Shown in pieces: positions 61,904 through 64,000 of a DNA stretch of 64,000 bases (position 1 is the stretch's first letter; each line of letters begins with the position of its first letter). The position numbers and the translations under genes were made by a program. The notes beneath the pieces are model-generated. The model had not been told where the DNA came from. It worked only from the letters and a program-made list of their open reading frames with translations, and did no database searches. Where the stretch lies: assembly GCA_025057635.1 (NCBI GenBank), contig JANXBD010000002.1:5517-69516 (forward strand), in the 5' to 3' direction. Origin of the DNA: Thermoflexus sp. (GTDB lineage Bacteria > Chloroflexota > Anaerolineae > Thermoflexales > Thermoflexaceae).

Positions 61904-63305
61904 CGCCTGCTCCTCGAGCCCACGAGCGGCATCTTGCGTAAGCAGAGCAGCCTCAGCGCAATCTTATTCGCGCCGAGGCCGGTTCACTCTTCTTAGAAAA
62001 CCGCGCCCTGGATCCTGAACCTTTCGTTGCAGGATCTCGCGCGAATCATTTGCCTAACACCATTGACTGCAGGTGCGGCATCAGCTCCGATGGCAGTTGG
62101 GGGTTCAGGCTTACAATCCATAAAACCGTCACCGCGGACCCCCGACACCCAGCCAGCCACAGAGAATAGACGTTAGAGGGCCCCCGAACCGCCAGAAGGT
62201 GTCCGCGCCCTCGGGCGATCGAGAGAGGAAGGAGGCGGACTTCTCCTGCGGCCTCTTGCAGCTGCCTCATCAAGCGATGGGGAAGGGCCTCACAGGCCCG
62301 CTGGGCCTCGCGTGCGGAGGCATAGTGATACAACACCTGGACGATTCCGGCGACCCGGGCCTGGCGAGAGTCCGTGACCCCGACCGAATCCAGATCCCAG
62401 ACCACCATCACGACTCCTTTTCCGGGCTGGTCAGGAGCTGGGTTCAGCAGGTTTGCGGTCTCCGTAACGGCCGCATCCGCGCGAGGATCCACCTCCACCT
62501 CCCATCCCAGCTCCATCAGGGATCGCTCGGACACCATCGCGAACCCGCCGGGCGGGGAGGGCCACGCCCCTCGCGTCGCCAACAGGGCCACAACCACCAG
62601 CAAAAGGGCGATCAGAGCCGCCAAAAAGCCTTTACGCCTCATCGCCTGCCCCTCGAGCTCACGGGCGGCCGCCGCCGCTTGTTCGACCGACAGAACGGCT
62701 GCTGCGCGCGCGGCAGCTTGTGTGAACAGAGCAGCCCCGGCGCGATCTTGTCCGCACCAAGGCCCGTTAACTCTTCTTAGAAAACCGTGCGCCGGATCCC
62801 GAACCCTTCGTTGCGGGATCTCATGCGAATCATTCGCCTAACACCATCGACTGCAGGTGCGGCATCAGCTCCGATGGCAGTTGGGGATTCAGGCTTACAA
62901 TCCATAAAACCGTCACCGCGGACCCCCGACACCCAGCCAGCCACAGAGAATAGACGTCAGAGGGCTCTCGGACCGCCAGAAGGTGTCCGCGCCCCCGGGC
63001 GATCGAGAGAGGGAGAAGGCGGACTTCTCCTGCGGCCTCTTGCAGCTGCCTCATCAAGCGATGGGGGAGGGCCTCACAGGCCCGCTGGGCCTCGCGCGCG
63101 GAGGCATAGTGATACAACACCTGGACGATTCCGGCAACCCGGGCCTGGCGAGAGTCCGTGACCCCGACCGAATCCAGATCCCAGACCACCATCACAACTC
63201 CCTTTCCGGGCTGGTCGGGAGCTGGGTTCAGCAGGTTTGCGATCTCCGTAACGGCCGTATCCGCGCGAGGATCCACCTCCACCTCCCACCCCAGCTCCTT
63301 CAGGG
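61790..63305. repeat. Tandem direct duplication, units about 61790-62525 and 62530-63305
   Basis: 62046-62520 is nearly identical to 62830-63305. 61800-62045 is a more diverged copy of 62540-62829 with an internal deletion. Confidence 0.92.
62046..62642 (-). CDS. Exported hypothetical protein, paralogue B
   Basis: Signal peptide MRRKGFLAAL.., mature part nearly identical to 62830-63423. Confidence 0.75.
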   Translation of the reverse strand: MRRKGFLAALIALLLVVVALLATRGAWPSPPGGFAMVSERSLMELGWEVEVDPRADAAVTETANLLNPAPDQPGKGVVMVVWDLDSVGVTDSRQARVAGIVQVLYHYASAREAQRACEALPHRLMRQLQEAAGEVRLLPLSIARGRGHLLAVRGPSNVYSLWLAGCRGSAVTVLWIVSLNPQLPSELMPHLQSMVLGK

Positions 63306-63423
63306 ATCCCTCCGATAGCAGCAACAACCCATCCGCTGGGAACGGCTCCCCTCCTCGAACAGGGAATGCAGTGATAAATAATGGCAAAGGAAGAATCATG
63401 AACAGCAACAGATTCCGCTTCAT
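62830..63423 (-). CDS. Exported hypothetical protein, paralogue A
   Basis: Signal peptide MKRNLLLF.., GGAGG RBS. Confidence 0.78.
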   Translation of the reverse strand: MKRNLLLFMILPLPLFITAFPVRGGEPFPADGLLLLSEGSLKELGWEVEVDPRADTAVTEIANLLNPAPDQPGKGVVMVVWDLDSVGVTDSRQARVAGIVQVLYHYASAREAQRACEALPHRLMRQLQEAAGEVRLLPLSIARGRGHLLAVREPSDVYSLWLAGCRGSAVTVLWIVSLNPQLPSELMPHLQSMVLGE

Positions 63424-63446
63424 CTTTTAACCTCCGATTTGTGATA

Positions 63447-63932
63447 TTACTGAATCCAGCATGTTGCTCGATAATTAGAGATGTTTCGACGGTGCGAGCT
63501 TTGTATATACCAAGAGAGTGGGACTCCCAGCTTTGACTGTGGATGCCTCAGCCACCATGTCCACTGGTCGATGCACCCGTGACTACTTGAGCAGGTATCC
63601 GCATATCCTCCCGGGCCTAAGTATTCCTGGCTATGGCAGTGTGGAAGGGTCCAAACTGCGAGCACATGCGGTCGCAGTCCGGTGAGGGCTAGCTCCCAAT
63701 GAGACGCATAGACTCGTCCCCACCACAGCGGGCCGGGAGGCCCGGATTGAAAGCGGGTAAGGGTGGACGTCGCGGCATCGGCCCACTCGTTTAGCTCCAG
63801 GGGCGCCCCTCGAGCGCCCGGCGGAGCTCCTTCCAATATCGCCGGCCGTGGCGGTCCCCACCCGCCCAGCAAAACGGGTAGAGCGGCCACTAGCGCCAAC
63901 CCCAGCATCTTGTGAATCAAGCGCCTCGCCAC
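63447..63932 (-). CDS. Small secreted Cys/Trp-rich hypothetical protein
   Basis: GGAGG RBS, signal-like N-terminus, four Cys in the C-terminal half. Confidence 0.65.
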   Translation of the reverse strand: MARRLIHKMLGLALVAALPVLLGGWGPPRPAILEGAPPGARGAPLELNEWADAATSTLTRFQSGPPGPLWWGRVYASHWELALTGLRPHVLAVWTLPHCHSQEYLGPGGYADTCSSSHGCIDQWTWWLRHPQSKLGVPLSWYIQSSHRRNISNYRATCWIQ

Positions 63933-64000
63933 AGTTCTTCACCTCCAGCTGTAAAGGTCGCTATCCTATCCTCATCGTATTCCGGCCAAAGCGCCTCCAC

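Noticed and set aside
61790-63305. Diversity-generating retroelement TR/VR pair
   Set aside because: Differences are not adenine-specific and no reverse transcriptase is present

Overview
A GC-rich bacterial chromosomal segment made mostly of housekeeping and envelope genes. The [LV]YLP[LM]xxR motifs, Pro/Thr linkers, GlyA-GcvT fusion and Tad locus style suggest Chloroflexota, probably Thermoflexus/Anaerolineae-like (inference). In order: the end of an aa3-type oxidase operon (ctaD/E/F) interrupted by a broken cupredoxin gene; a GlyA-GcvT fusion; a large multidomain amidase; wecA-like and SH3 genes; a Tad/Flp pilus locus running into comF-hpf, with an LPXTG protein and divergent pseudopilins; plsC, prfA, rnc; tRNA-Gly(CCC); tmRNA; an ASCH / degenerate PyrF / 5-FCL / TctA-like cluster; comM; an APC-USP-NIL-TrkA-TrkA cluster; pdhABC; rph; a CNNM/CBS protein; a cobamide-remodelling cluster (CofC-like orphan, cobS, cbiR, cobU); an MFS transporter; pcrA; and a terminal tandem array of secreted-protein paralogues behind a small Cys/Trp-rich secreted protein. 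I saw no CRISPR array, integrase or transposase. The strongest leads are the terminal array, the orphan in the cbiR cluster, the ASCH/pseudo-PyrF cluster, the TrkH-less K+ cluster and an RNase III-substrate-like stem in the rnc leader. All family calls come from motif recognition by eye; no searches were run.
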